Assembly: GCA_048013815.1 (NCBI GenBank)
Contig: CM106586.1
Coordinates: forward strand, 7,936,001-8,000,000
DNA length: 64,000 bases
DNA from: Setoptus koraiensis
Taxonomy: Eukaryota > Animalia > Arthropoda
Reading direction: 5' to 3'
Below the pieces are notes generated by a model, which was given only the letters and a program-made list of their open reading frames with translations, was not told the origin of the DNA and did no database searches. Shown in pieces: positions 48,495-62,262 of the stretch (position 1 is the first letter of the stretch; every line of letters begins with the position of its first letter). The translations under genes were made by a program, and so were the position numbers.

Positions 48495-50063
48495 ATGAGT
48501 TCAAAATTTGTGTTAACTGTAACTCTTATCATATTAACACTTCTCTATCAACATAGACTGAGCAAAGCTCAAAGTTTAGGTACTATAGTTGCTTCAGGTA
48601 TGATTGGTCGCGCTCTGACCAGACCAAGCAATAATTATAATCCATTAGAAACGGTTGCTGTTATGCAGGCCCTTGCGAGAAACAGCCAACTTTCTAGCAA
48701 TAATCAGTTGCAGAATGCCATCGCTTTAGCTTCTCAGAATCCACTTAATCCGTTGGGCAGAGCAGGTTCGAGTGCAGCATTGCGGTCTTTGATTTCGGGA
48801 ACATCGGCTCCTAGACAGCTACTTCCAAATCCCATCACTGAAGTCGAAGATTTAGTCGAAGCTATTCTCGAAAAGTACAAAGAAAAGCAGGGAAAAGGTA
48901 AAAAGGGTTCTATGAAAGTCGTAATCAAGAAAACCTTTTTGCCATTGGTAATACCAGTACCCATAAAGAAAAAAGAAGTAGAGTATAAAGTTGTTCACAA
49001 GCATGTCCCTGTACCAGTTCCTGTGCCTGTCTATAAGTATATAAAGAAGAATGACAATGCCAGGATGTCTACACCCAACAAATATTCGGGTGGCGATGAA
49101 GGTCTATTGAACTCCAATAATGCCAAGATCAACAGAATGCATTTAGACAATGTTGAACTTTCCAACATTTTGGCAAAGATTAAGAAGGAAAAAGAAGCTA
49201 TAAAATTGGTCAAGCTACAAAACGAAGCATTTATCAATTATCAAATACTGAAGGAAATAGATAGAGAAAGAAAAAAAGTTAACTCTCTCAAAGATTCTAT
49301 CAAGTATACACCTCGAGATAGTGAACTGAGAAGAAAGTTTAGCTCGCATCAATCAAAGTCAATCGATAGATTTGATGACGAACTATCTACTAAAGTTCGA
49401 CCATATTCCATCTCACACAAAGTTGGCGTGTCTCGAACTAGTAATTTGTCCAATTTAGATTTAGAACCTTTGTCCATACTACCGGGGGATCTTTGGTACA
49501 CTCCGAAACAATTCAATGAATCGAATAAAGATGGACATACCAACGTGCTCCCTCATTCCCATGTCACTTTACATACTGGTAAATCATCGAACTCTCTTGC
49601 CGGGATTATAGGGGATCAGAAAAAAAATGAAAGAAGGGAACAACTTCCGAAAGCTACTAGCTTCGAGTCTATCCCATACCATAAAACCAGTTCAAAACCA
49701 AAATTGAGAGTCTCTCAGATCGATAATTTTGTCATATTCGATGACTTGTCAGCGGCTAACTCTAGCTACAGACAATATTTCGAGAAACCTGGAGCAAGTA
49801 ACAATGCCACAACTGGTAAAATACATCCCGGTCGGTACCCACTGAGCTCCAATATGCACGAGGAAATAGTCAATGCAGACTACGATATTCAATCGGTCAG
49901 TCAGGGTTCAAAAACGCTTCCTCACCTTGATCCCCCGAAAAATTACGATAGCTTTGATATGAGTTCAGAGACCACTGAGATAAAGCCAATATTCCTTCCT
50001 TCCATACCGAACTCTACAAGTACAACCGCAGAATCATTCAGCACCATGAACCACGGGGGATAA
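48495..50063 (+). CDS. Uncharacterised secreted protein with Lys/Val-Pro-rich core (522 aa), possibly cuticular
   Basis: Within ORF 48228..50063. Signal-peptide-like MSSKFVLTVTLIILTLLYQHRLSKA starts at 48495; core LPLVIPVPIKKKEVEYKVVHKHVPVPVPVPVYKY. Confidence 0.75.
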   Translation: MSSKFVLTVTLIILTLLYQHRLSKAQSLGTIVASGMIGRALTRPSNNYNPLETVAVMQALARNSQLSSNNQLQNAIALASQNPLNPLGRAGSSAALRSLISGTSAPRQLLPNPITEVEDLVEAILEKYKEKQGKGKKGSMKVVIKKTFLPLVIPVPIKKKEVEYKVVHKHVPVPVPVPVYKYIKKNDNARMSTPNKYSGGDEGLLNSNNAKINRMHLDNVELSNILAKIKKEKEAIKLVKLQNEAFINYQILKEIDRERKKVNSLKDSIKYTPRDSELRRKFSSHQSKSIDRFDDELSTKVRPYSISHKVGVSRTSNLSNLDLEPLSILPGDLWYTPKQFNESNKDGHTNVLPHSHVTLHTGKSSNSLAGIIGDQKKNERREQLPKATSFESIPYHKTSSKPKLRVSQIDNFVIFDDLSAANSSYRQYFEKPGASNNATTGKIHPGRYPLSSNMHEEIVNADYDIQSVSQGSKTLPHLDPPKNYDSFDMSSETTEIKPIFLPSIPNSTSTTAESFSTMNHGG

Positions 50064-50180
50064 AACAAGTCCAGAGGAGGATGCAAATACTGTGTGATAT
50101 TGTTATCTGGGAACAGTATAAACATTTATAATAAACATGTTATGTTAAGGTCAGAAAAATTTGTGTTTTTATTATTTGGT

Positions 50181-50937
<757 letters not shown>

Positions 50938-51379
50938 TTAATTTAATAATTAGCCCAACATTAAATTATGTTCCGCAGTCTAAGTGGTGAATTAGATTAT
51001 AAACAGTAACACCAGATAAATTTTGATGGAACACCGGTCTAGCGTGTTTTAAGTCAGTGACTCTATTTAGAACAGAGATGCAGAGAGGAAATCATGCTTT
51101 AGAACTTCAGGCGCATGCGCAAAATAAAACGCGCCTCTTTCGAACAATTTCAGTGGTTTCTGGAAAAGATCTCTCGCCTTCCACATCGTAGCATTTGAGA
51201 TGCCCTTCTGCCATCCAAGGTGGATTAGGCCCGCCACTGATAACACAGCGCGGAGTGGATGCATTTACAATTTTTGAATCAGGCAAGCTCTTCGAAAGAT
51301 ATTTTTACAATTAGAAGTTTATTAAAGAAACCTCTTCGACAACTCAATACGATGCTGTGTAATGATCCAGATAATCAAA

Positions 51380-51955
51380 TCAAAGGCTTTTTGCTGCCCT
51401 TGGTCGGGCGTTCCAGGGTTCTTGGGCTGGTGTGCGGTCGGTTATTGATACAAAATTAAGATCGCTGAGTTCCAAACATTTAACGGCTGCGTTCCTGCCT
51501 GGTCCAAGACCATGAAGTACCAATCGAACTGTTCTTATGTTGTTATCGCTGGCTTCTATGAGCACACGTCTGGCCACAGCTTGGGCCGCCACAGTTGTTC
51601 CTTTACGACAATTCTTGTAGCCTTCTGTACCGCAGCTCTTGATGGCTAAAACTCGACCGTTTCCAGAGGTGAGCGTGACTTTTGTATTGTTTCTTGTGCA
51701 CTTCACATGTATCACCGGCAATTGACTAAATTTTGTATTATCGTGGATACTGTCAAAGAGATTCTCATCTATCAGTTGTACGGCCGCGTTCCGTTGAATA
51801 TGATTTATCGGCATCCTCTCCCCTTCGGTGGTGTCCCTCTTGCCAATGTGACCAATCATTTTGTCTCTTCTGTCGTCTCCTAGCCTTGGCGAGCTAGTAT
51901 AGATAGCTCTCATAGGTGTCACAAGTGATAGCGATTTCCGAAGTAAAGACGCCAT
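51380..51955 (-). CDS. MRPS11: Mitochondrial ribosomal protein S11 (uS11m)
   Basis: HVKCTRNNTKVTL, SCGTEGYKNCRKGTTVAAQ, GLGPGR, SITDRTP. ATG at 51955. Confidence 0.92.
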   Translation of the reverse strand: MASLLRKSLSLVTPMRAIYTSSPRLGDDRRDKMIGHIGKRDTTEGERMPINHIQRNAAVQLIDENLFDSIHDNTKFSQLPVIHVKCTRNNTKVTLTSGNGRVLAIKSCGTEGYKNCRKGTTVAAQAVARRVLIEASDNNIRTVRLVLHGLGPGRNAAVKCLELSDLNFVSITDRTPAQEPWNARPRAAKSL

Positions 51956-52330
51956 AGTGCCGTTGATGATTAGAGGGCCCAAATAAAATTGCAGTCAGCT
52001 TGTATGCGATCATTACTAGCGGCCAGTAATGACTTCAAAAAACTGTGCTCACAAACGCGCAATAACTTGCACAGTCAACCGATTGATACCCACACATGCG
52101 TAATGTTCGATGAACTTTGGGTACTCGCTTGTTGCAGCGAAACATTCAGTCACGTGTTCCATTTCGAAATACTTTGAAGTCTTCTCAAACGTTTACTTCA
52201 ATTCTAAACGCATTCTTTGTGAAGTGACATTCATATTAGTGATATTTACCTCTATATTTCATGAAAGGAATTACTATAAAACAATTATTTTACTCTATCT
52301 AGATTTGCATTTGACTACAATACTACAATT

Positions 52331-53954
52331 ATGGCCACAAACACAAGCGATGGATTTTACGAAATCAAGCACCCATATGAGGCCGCCATAACTACAGACC
52401 TTCGACCGGCTCCACATAACTTTACATTATGGGACACAGAAACAGAGACACAATTGGTCATGTTCAAAGGAGAAAAATCGCCAGTTTTACCAAATTGTTT
52501 ACAGATGATAGACGATAAATATGTGATAACGGCCCACGACAATGTGCTCCGTATCTGGTCTATAGTTGGAAAATTTCGACAAGAACAAAAACTGATACTG
52601 CCTTCCAGACCGTCGGCACTGGCAGTATCACCTTGCGGAAATTATCTTATCGTAGGAAAAGAAGAGACTCTGAATATATGGCAGGTAAGAAACATATCAC
52701 TGCAAAGAGAGATCTTATTTACATTTAGTTCAATCTATTCGACTAATGTTCTCTTTTATCCCACTCTCTATCATCCTACCTCTCAAAATTTATGTTTAGT
52801 TGTCAAACGGAAATCTGTTAACGTCAGTTCAAAAACACTATCAGACGATATCTGTGATTAAAATTTGTGCAGATTCCTCGTTCATATTGACAGGTGGCGA
52901 AGATGGAATTGTTTTTGTTTGGTCTCTGGCTGACTTGTTATGCGGAACCAGGAATGTAAGCAGGTTGAATCATGATCGACAGCTAACAACCTCTTCTGAT
53001 GAACCCAGGTATACTTGGCAACACCATTCCAGTCAAGTCACTGCAATACATCTGACATATGAAGGAAAGAATGGCTTGAGTTTAACAGCCTCTACAGACC
53101 AAACAATAAATATCTACTCCCTTGTTGATGGCCGAAGACTAGCTAATGTTGTCATGCCGACTCCTATTTGGTCAGTGATCATGGATAGAAGAGAAACTCG
53201 TGCCTATCTGGGCGGTCAGGATGGCAACATCTACGAGATGGCGACCAATTCTCTTGGTTTTTCTTTGGCTAACTCTCAGAAATCAGACGAGCAACGTAAA
53301 CCTGTCTTTGTTGGACACAAAGGAAAAATAACTTGTTTACAGCTGTCAATTGATGGCAGACGACTAATATCAGCTTCGTTGGACTCCACCTGTAAGATAT
53401 GGAGCACTGAGACACGACGGTTGATCAGAGACTTGAAACACCAGGGCCCTGTCGTCAACCTGAAGCTTCTCCTCATTCCAGGTTCTCTAGCGATTAGCAC
53501 TCAATCAAAGAATGAAGATCCTCTACCAATAAAACCATTAAGACGGGCTCTCCACAAACCTATCGGAGATGTCCTAGTTGGTGTTGAAGATCTATATGAC
53601 GATGAGCATGTGGTGAATATAAGAAACCCTAATGATATCGAAAATACATACAGTGCAAACAATTACGATCTTCAACTATCCAAAAGCACAACGACTGAAA
53701 GCACTCATACAGATGACGAACTTCACGATGGTGGGGCGATCGTTCCAGTCTTGGATAACAGCGTAGAAGTGCCACGGCCAAAAGACCTAAGTAAAATAGC
53801 TAATTTGAAGAGAGCCTTGAAAGATTTGTACCTATTAGCAGCGGAGAAGATATTCAAAGATGCCAGCCACGAGGCTCTAAAACCTTATGCTATAACCGAT
53901 GGCTCGGAAACTGAGCAAGTTGCCACCAAGCGCAAGAGACTATCCTTGAACTGA
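52331..53954 (+). CDS. WDR18: WD repeat protein 18 (Ipi3), 502 aa
   Basis: join(52331..52684,52800..53954), phase-0 GT-AG intron. WQLSNGNLLTSVQKHYQTISVIKICADSSFILTGGEDGIVFVWSL; C-terminal coiled-coil-like segment. Confidence 0.88.
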
Positions 53955-54013
53955 GAATTTATGTTTAATAAATCTATCTATCTATCTATCTAACGAAGCA
54001 TTCTACAAATAAA

Positions 54014-54325
54014 CTATGGCTCCTTTTCGATGATATCATCTGATATATCATTGGCATTGGCGTTATTGTTGCCAGCGTCATACACTGGATGTCTACTAAA
54101 TCTCAGAGTGCGACCTCCCAGGACAATGCCATTTCGATTTCTAAGCAAACGTTCGGCCACACTTCGATCCTCGTATGTAATGATTCCTGTGCCAGTGGAT
54201 AAACCGGTGGCTTTATTGATATAAAGGATGGCATCCCTGACTTTGCCCTGTTCCCTAGCAAATCTTCGCAGATCCTTCGGCGCGAGAGTCCACGCTATAT
54301 TGGACACTTTGATGGTGAATGTCAT
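54014..54325 (-). CDS. Small single-RRM protein, SLIRP-like
   Basis: 103 aa; IKVSNIAWT, INKATGLSTGTGIITY and IVLGGRTLRF resemble SLIRP (RIPWT...DKETGFHRG). Confidence 0.65.
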   Translation of the reverse strand: MTFTIKVSNIAWTLAPKDLRRFAREQGKVRDAILYINKATGLSTGTGIITYEDRSVAERLLRNRNGIVLGGRTLRFSRHPVYDAGNNNANANDISDDIIEKEP

Positions 54326-56868
54326 GTCTCGTTATTTTGTTTCGTAAATAAATGAACAGTAACAATAAATAGCGGTCGATTACTAATGCAAATTGATCAA
54401 GTGATGTGCAGTAAGAAATTGAATTATTAGTGATACTATAAGAAGATATCCCCAATGAATGGAGGATTGTTTTTTCTCGTCTCGCATAACCATGTGTTAT
54501 ACGCATAACACATGGTCTGCTGTTCATTTTTACTCCATCAATCTCTGCGCTTTTTTAACGCGGTGCTACCATCAAAAGAGCGAATCAAACACGAAGCACC
54601 AGAGACTGTTCTTTGGCTCCATGTTTTTAGCTGCGTTTTTGTTTGTCTTGTATCAAGTTGTATCTATACAACCAGTTTAGCCCGATAATATCTATTGTAT
54701 GTCTGCGGTAGCCTCTGAAGTATTTGTGTAATCTCTGGGCGAGACTGCCAGGCTGGTTTGGCCAATTTTGTGTGACAAAGCTGGTAAAGGGAGTTCGAGA
54801 GGTTGATGAAAAGCAAATCATCAAAGCATATTTGACGTCGGATTTCGCCGTCACCCAGCGCACAGGAAGTGTGGCTTGTCAAACTGCGAAATCAAAGTTC
54901 AACACCGATGACAGAGTTCGTCGGTACAAACTTGAACTCTCCTTGCCACGCCGGCTGGAATGTTGCGCAATTAAATAAACGCCAAACCGAAGCTGAATTA
55001 CACTAGTAACAATAGAGTCTCACAATTGAATCGTTAATTGAATCATCAGTACAAACTGTTCGATATTAAAGACCCTATGAAGCATCCGCTGTTGACACTC
55101 GATCGGATTAACTGTGGGGCGCGCAACTGGGCAATCCAATGGTGACAAGACCAAAAAAGCTAATTGTTACATGGTGACAAACGAAATAGGAAGAGACATT
55201 AAATGGCATGCGAGACGCCAAGACGTCAAGCGGTCCACAGAATTGCCACTTGGTTGTCTTGGCGACGACAACGCAACAATCCTCATGTTTTCTCACTGTT
55301 TGGCCATCGCCTATTGAAGCAGCTCTCAATTAAATAACAACTTGTTACACTTTCTTGAGCTGACTGCTCCTGTCGTTTGCTGACTCGCCGATTGGCAGAA
55401 ATTAAGAGAACACAATCGGCACCCATTTCACTTTTTATACACTCTTTCTCTCTCTCACTCTCTCTCTTTCTATCGATCGATCGATAATCGATGTTTTGCA
55501 AGTGTCAATTTGTCGCTTATGATTGCTGGCTTTACTTCTACATCAATCATATATCACCACATGCCAAGAATTCGTTCAAAATTCGTTTCTGTTGTTGTCT
55601 GTTGTGATGTTGGGCGCTTGTGTGTAACGACAATTTCTTCTTGATTGTATGTTGCCTGGCCATATCAGAAATTTCACACACTCACAGGCACAGTTTAATT
55701 CAGTTTATCCGTTTTAAAATGAATCAACAGAAGTATCGTTCACCTCTTGATCGTTCATCACACTACCACACATGTAAGACGAGAGCTTACAGATCGAAAC
55801 CGTGTTGACCTCAGCAACTTTTGTGTTGCCTCTGTTAGCTATTCAATCTGGCCACTGTTGCTAATACGACAAAACAAACATCAAACAACAACAAACATCA
55901 GACATTTAACAAGAGAATAAGAAAGAAATTCTTCTTTTGATAATTCACGCATTCACATAAAGATCACGCCGGCGATGTAAACAAACATACAAAGGCAATA
56001 TTTTTCCATTTATAATTGTATCGGCCGCTTCCCAATCATCATCATTATTTTCTTCCACTGTAGTCATTTAATATAGTAGTTGACCTATTGTTGCCATCAT
56101 CAAATTAAGAAGCAAGCACCAGTAGTTTTGTTGCGCTTCAGACAAGTCGCCACCATTTGTTGCGCCTGTTTAATAATAGCTTATAAAGCTACAACAGTGC
56201 TTGTTAAAAATAAGAATAAACTCCAGCAAACAAAATATTCGCAGAAGCATCATTATTACGGCCTGACAACAGAATAGGCTAGAATACACATTTATTTCGT
56301 CTCGAACACTCGAGCAACCATTTGCCGCTTCTTAACGGTTCGAAACTTTTGAGAGATCCTAGAGTAAGCGAGAGGCAATCTAAAGTGAAAGTTCTTCTCG
56401 ATTAGCAACAGCCAACGTGATCAAGGCAAACAGCACATTGCAGCTTCGAGAGGCGAGCATCTGTTGAACGGACTCGGCAAGGATACATGGATATCTATCA
56501 CTATTACATAATGTAATATAGTATATTATAATGTCATGAATTTCAATGCATACAGAGAAAAGTTGCGGCCAATTTAGACAATGATATATCACCAGTGATA
56601 GTTTGCGACAGAATTCACCAACAATTAATTGCAACTGTTTATCTTCTTTCTTTTTTTTATCAAGCATAAGTAATTTCATCAAATTAAGAAGCCGAAGAAG
56701 AAGGTGACAATTTTAATAACAAGAAACAATTCAATTGTCGCACTATTGCATTACACCATATCAATTTCAATAGTTGTCATTCCATTCAAAACACAGTCAT
56801 CGGACACCAACAACACGGAGACAGGTGAGTGGCGGCAGCTTGATATCAGAAGAGCAAGATAAAGAGAG

Positions 56869-56891
56869 GGAGAGAGAGAGAGAGAGAGAGC
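56869..56891. repeat. (GA)n microsatellite
   Basis: Direct reading of the sequence. Confidence 0.85.
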
Positions 56892-58917
56892 AATCAAATG
56901 TTGAAACAATAGCAATAGTTCTCGCAGGGTGGCAAGTTTCCATATGATAGTTCCGAGACGGCAACTACTGCATCGAATAGTTCAATAGAGGAAGGAGAGA
57001 GGTGACACACATTTGCATATTCTCACCTCAATGAATGAAAAACGTCTGGCAAGATATAGATAGATGTAATTTGCATGTGAATAATCCATGATACAAGCTT
57101 CAGAGAAAGCAGGCGGCGAGTTGTCATTGATTGGGACAAGCGCCATTACAGAGTTACAAAGTTATTCACAAGTTGAGTCATTGGGCTAGCTTGGGCAAAG
57201 TCCTGCCAAAAGCACTTGTCGTGGCTCGAGTGATGGGCAGTTGTTCGGTAGGCACACAAAGAATCGCAAAGAATCGCAAAGAATCTTGCGGCAATTCACC
57301 GTTATTTTCAACCAAAAGCTATACGACCATTTGTTAATAATGAGCAGTGAGAGTGTGTTCTGCTTGTACGAACACTATCAGCGACCAGTTAACAAGAGTC
57401 TTAGAAAATTATCATCACATAGATTCAGTTTCAACAATATCTCAGCCATTTGCGAGAGAAGTGCAAATACTGTTAAATCACAACTAAACAATAATTTATT
57501 GAACAACCAACGAAGTTCATGCAAGTTATGAAACAATAAGCGAACACGTAAATATGAAGGTAACATTTATTGCAATACAATCAACAGCCAAGTAATATAT
57601 GAAATATTGAGTTATCATTGAGTGAGCGCTACTCTCAAGTTCAATGAAAAACAATCTAAGAGGGTACGATCTCTTATCGAATTCTAGCGAAACTAGCTAA
57701 AGTGAATGAAGGCAACGAAGATAGCAAAAAGTTGCTAAAGTTTACTTTTGAGCACAAACACAATTAATGAAGACAGTCCATTCTAACGCATTAAGACATC
57801 AACATCAAATGAACCATCTCTCAATCTAATCATCGGCATCATAATGTAAATTAGCCAATATCTTATGCAACCGGCTTGCTGTTAGCAAGTTTCTAATATA
57901 ACACAGACACTTGGCAGTAAATTAGCTTGATTGCATTCAAGTTGATCATTGCCATCGCTGTTAATAACTGACTTGAAGAGTAATATTGTTGTTGCGATAG
58001 TATTTGACTTTCAGATCATGCATTTGTGTCTGATTGTGCATTGTGAGTGTACGTTTTTGTGTCTAGACAAATGTTTACTTGGCAATGTCAGAAAGTGGTG
58101 TCTATATTTATCTATGCCGAATGTCGTCGTTTGTAGCAGGTTAGCGAGTTGCCAAAATAATAATAAGGATGGCTTGAATGGAACGATGTTAGCCTTGAAA
58201 CAATTTCAATTCACTTTCTCTCTCTCTCCCTTTCTCTCATCGTTCAAATCTTATTTCACGGTTATTTAGCGATAGACTCATTAGCAGTGTGTGTTTGTGT
58301 GTTGTATGGACAAGCTAAAAGTCAAGTTTATTTTGGGCCCTCTTACTTCACTTCTGGTCTATTTTCACTGTTGTTCACCATTCATTGTTTGCAAAGTCAA
58401 GTAACGGTTTGTTATCTTTTTTTTTTGTGTGTCATGATAGACATAAGAGGAAAATCGAGCGCAAATTCTTGCTAAAATCTCTTAAAAGGATTAGGACTAC
58501 CTCTAACAATTTGCAATCATCAAAGACAGAATATCCAGTTATAATTGAAAAGCTAATTTCTATCAAATCTCTCTGCTCTCTTCCTTATTTCTCTCTGATT
58601 TTTCTCTAATTTAAAATCGGCAAACATTCATATCAACAATGAAAAGATGGAAGTTGAGACCAGAGATGTTTGAGATAAGCATTGCAATCCTTTACGCGAT
58701 TGCAACGTTCGCACACAAATTATAGATCACAGCCAGCCAAGTTCATTCGTGTCCCATCCGAGAATCAAACAAGAGCGAGACGCACAAGTGAAGAGGGGCC
58801 AGTAGATTTGTTGTATTCGGGCCGGATATCATAGACCGTCGCAAGTGATACAGCATCAAGTTGCATTTAGACTCTAAATTTAAGAGAGTGTTTCACACAG
58901 TTAGCAAGACCGCCAAA

Positions 58918-59555
58918 ATGAAACAGAGGAATTTCTACGCGACAACAAGTGTCACATTGTGCCTATTGATCATATTAGTTGTAAATTTGTGTTTAATTCA
59001 GGAGGAATCCATCACAAGAAATCAGCATGGTCTAGTGGAGGGCAAGATATTCAAGAAGGTGGCTAAGGTGCTGTACATCAAAAAGAAGATAAAAAAACTG
59101 GGCAAGAAACTCAAGAAACACACAATAGCAGTGCCTGTATTTACAGCCATACCGATCTATGAACATTCTTACTAGTAAGTAGACTCACCTGTTGTTCTTA
59201 CCATACCAGCATACATACACAGCAACAGGTCACATGTTGTGTAACACTTGTCGCGAATTCAATTAATTAACCTGATTCAATCTGATTTAATCTAACTCAA
59301 CCAACTTGACATGTCTCATGCGTTGCCTTTAGTCCGCAACCACATGTCACCCATGTAGCCCATCACCACGGCGGAGGTGGTCATCATGGTGGCCATCATG
59401 GTGGTTACGCGGCTTCGGCCACTCATGTCATGCCAACCTACTCGGCCCCATCCTATCATCCGGCGCCATCTTATGTTGACGACTCGGGCGGTATTTATGG
59501 ATTCTACGGAAATGCCTACGGACGATACGATGGTGGCTACCATCATTGGATGTAA
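58918..59555 (+). CDS. Small secreted protein with a Lys-rich cationic segment and a His/Gly/Tyr-rich tail (159 aa)
   Basis: join(58918..59174,59333..59555). The gtaagt donor at 59175 overlaps the apparent TAG, and the acceptor is gcctttag at 59332. Exon 2 is in frame: YPQPHVTHVAHHHGGGGHHGGHHGGYAASATHVMPTYSAPSYHPAPSYVDDSGGIYGFYGNAYGRYDGGYHHWM*. Confidence 0.85.
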
Positions 59556-60312
59556 ATTATTAACCAAATATCAATACAGTTATTGTGTGTAATCCGTATT
59601 TCGTAGCCCCGTGCATTGTGCGAAATATTACAGAATAGACGCATTTATTTTTATTCTTGTTACAACTATCATTATTATTTGTTTTTTTTTTGTCTATTTT
59701 TCTCACCTAATCTCACCACCTTCCGACCTTAATAAACTCGCCACAGTGTTACCTGTGCTCATGTATCAATAATCCAGCAAAACAGAGTCGCCTACTTTTA
59801 GTCAACAACTTTTGCATTACTCGAATGATGGGATATATCTGTTCAATGCACTGTAATCGTTAAAACATGTAGCCCAAAAACATCGAAGCTTGTCTCGTGT
59901 CTAACTAACACACTCTATTCTGTCGTATCGATGTGGTGGATGTTTTCTCATCTCAAGATCGTGAACACAATCTTTTAATCTTTGACTATTCTATTTGGTC
60001 GATCATTATCTGTTGTGGGAGGTTTAGCCACAAAGAAGGGCTAAATTACATTATGTGACAAATTCAAAACAACGGCATTGTAGGTGGCTTGCAAAGTCAG
60101 ATAAGATATAATCATTTTCATCGCTCTTCTCGCTGAGCACAGCACTACACTGAATCTAAACATAACTAGGAAGCTTTTTAGTTGCATCGTCCTTTAATAT
60201 TGGACAATCCACTTATTAATATATCAAATTATACACTAATTTGTCCATGTGTGTACCATTTTTTTGACCGATTCATACCGGTATCTATGCTGTTGTTGTA
60301 ACATTTTCCAAT

Positions 60313-62262
60313 ATGGACACTCCGGAAATCGAATACATATTTGAGACAGCCGTCCAATGGTGCGACATTATTTTCTCTCACCGCAACGGTGATAGCTGTC
60401 AAGGCTTGCTTGCAAATAGGGGTTCCAGCAAGAAAGAAGCAGCGATGGCCCTTGGTCTGGCCAAAGCACAAGCACTCTATATGCTGGTCAAGTATATGCA
60501 CATACCGATAATACGCTCGATGGGACTGTCAATTTTGAGTTGTACATCGAACAATATCGGCCCTGACGATCCACTCGAGGAGATGGAAAAAAAGAAATGG
60601 GATATGATAGGCACCCTTCGAAATTGTTTCTTCGGAAACAAAACACTCGAACAGCTTACGCCGTGCCTGATTGATTTGGCCACAACAAACTTACTGTTCG
60701 ATCAGGATGCAACTTCCGACGACCAGATGCCCATTTCTATCGATGAGCAAAAATCTCTTCAGAATCTTGTCAAGCACTGGAGCGAGCCACCTAGCATTGA
60801 GCATAATTTGGATGTATCTAATTGCATAAGTCTACACATATTGGCGCAAAAGTTTTCATATGAGGATTTGTCGAAATCTACGAGAGAGTTTATAGTGGAG
60901 AATTTCGACGATGTTGCTAAACGAGATGCATTTGTGATATTAGAGTCAGGTCAATTGATTGAAATTATTAAATGTGACAATCTGAAATCTTCTGCAGCAA
61001 CTGTGTACGAGGCTATCATGAAATGGTGCAATCATGATTCTGGTATCGATCGTCGGAAGCTCCTTGCCGATATACTGCAACATGTTGATTTCTCGCAAAT
61101 GGAGCCTGATTATCTCGTCGACATTTCTAACGATCCGTTGATTGACGATGACAAACGATGTCGTAAGTACATTAGAAACGCTATGATTGAATCGTTTTTC
61201 AACAAAAGAACTGCCTCGAGCAGCTCTACTTCCCGAGAAAATATGGATAAAGAACAGTCCCCAGAAAGCTGCAGAGAGATTTCATTGTACTTGGTTATGG
61301 GAGGGCTCACTGAAAAATTTCTCAAGCGATACGATGCCGCTATAAATGATTGGATAGATTTAAATCCAATATCATTCGCTGAGAATTCATGGATTGAGCT
61401 GGCAAGTGACGCATTGCTCATCCTACCGCTCGAAGGGAATAAGTGGGAACTCAAACAAATCTATCATCCTGAGATATTCTACCGACGTACATTGCCAGTG
61501 CCGAAATCTATCCTAGATTTCCGCACTTATAGTACAGTTGTTCATCTTGGTTCGCTGTACTGGAGCATTACTGATTGGAAAAATAATGAATATAAATGCG
61601 AATTTCTACAATATTCTCTCGAGGATGAGAAGTGGATCACCCGCGGGACCATGCAAAATGAATTTTGTTATCAGCAATTGGTCAGCTTGAACAAGTACAT
61701 TTATGCAATCGGAGGAAGTAGCTCTCTGGCACCTACAAACATTGTCATGCGCTATGATCCTTCAACTGATCAATGGCAAGAGCGGGCACCTATGATCGAA
61801 GCGAAAGAGTATTTGAAAGTTTCAGCGTATCAAGGACTTATTTATGCGGTAGGACTAGATTATGATACCAGTGAGGATGATTCCTTTAGCGCAGAAAAGT
61901 ACGATCCACACATCGACACTTGGACGCGCATAGCATCTCTGGATGACAAAATCCCAAAAGAGCTAAGAGAAAGTGCTGATTGGTTTGGTATCGACAGTTT
62001 GACCGCCTTCAATGGTTTGCTTTACGCATTAATATGGTGCCGTCACACATCAACGAAGTCCACGTACCTCCTATTCGAATACGATCCTGGCACTGACACG
62101 TAAGTATTTGATATCCATCATTGAGTTTGTTCGCAGCAAATTGTCAACATTGTATAACACTCATATATTTTCGCTTCGTTTTCAACCTGAACCAGTTGGT
62201 CACTCTCGCCCATTAAAATTCCCGGCGATCTTTCAGATGAAATTCGTCTTTTAGCATTTTGA
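60313..62262 (+). CDS. Divergent Kelch-like protein with BACK domain
   Basis: join(60313..62099,62196..62262); splicing completes YDPGTDTWS. BACK-like NCISLHILAQKF...VYEAIMKWCNHD; Kelch repeats YIYAIGG, YDPSTDQW, IYAVG, YDPHIDTW. Confidence 0.85.

Noticed and set aside
51000-51380. 65-aa ORF 51067..51264 or a structured ncRNA (RNase P/snRNA) between RpL11 and mRpS11
   Set aside because: No family motif; GGAAGGCGAGAG only loosely resembles the RNase P CR-I and the other conserved regions are not evident.
54459-58609. Scattered short ORFs upstream of the cationic secreted gene
   Set aside because: No motifs and often non-ATG starts; treated as regulatory or intergenic DNA.
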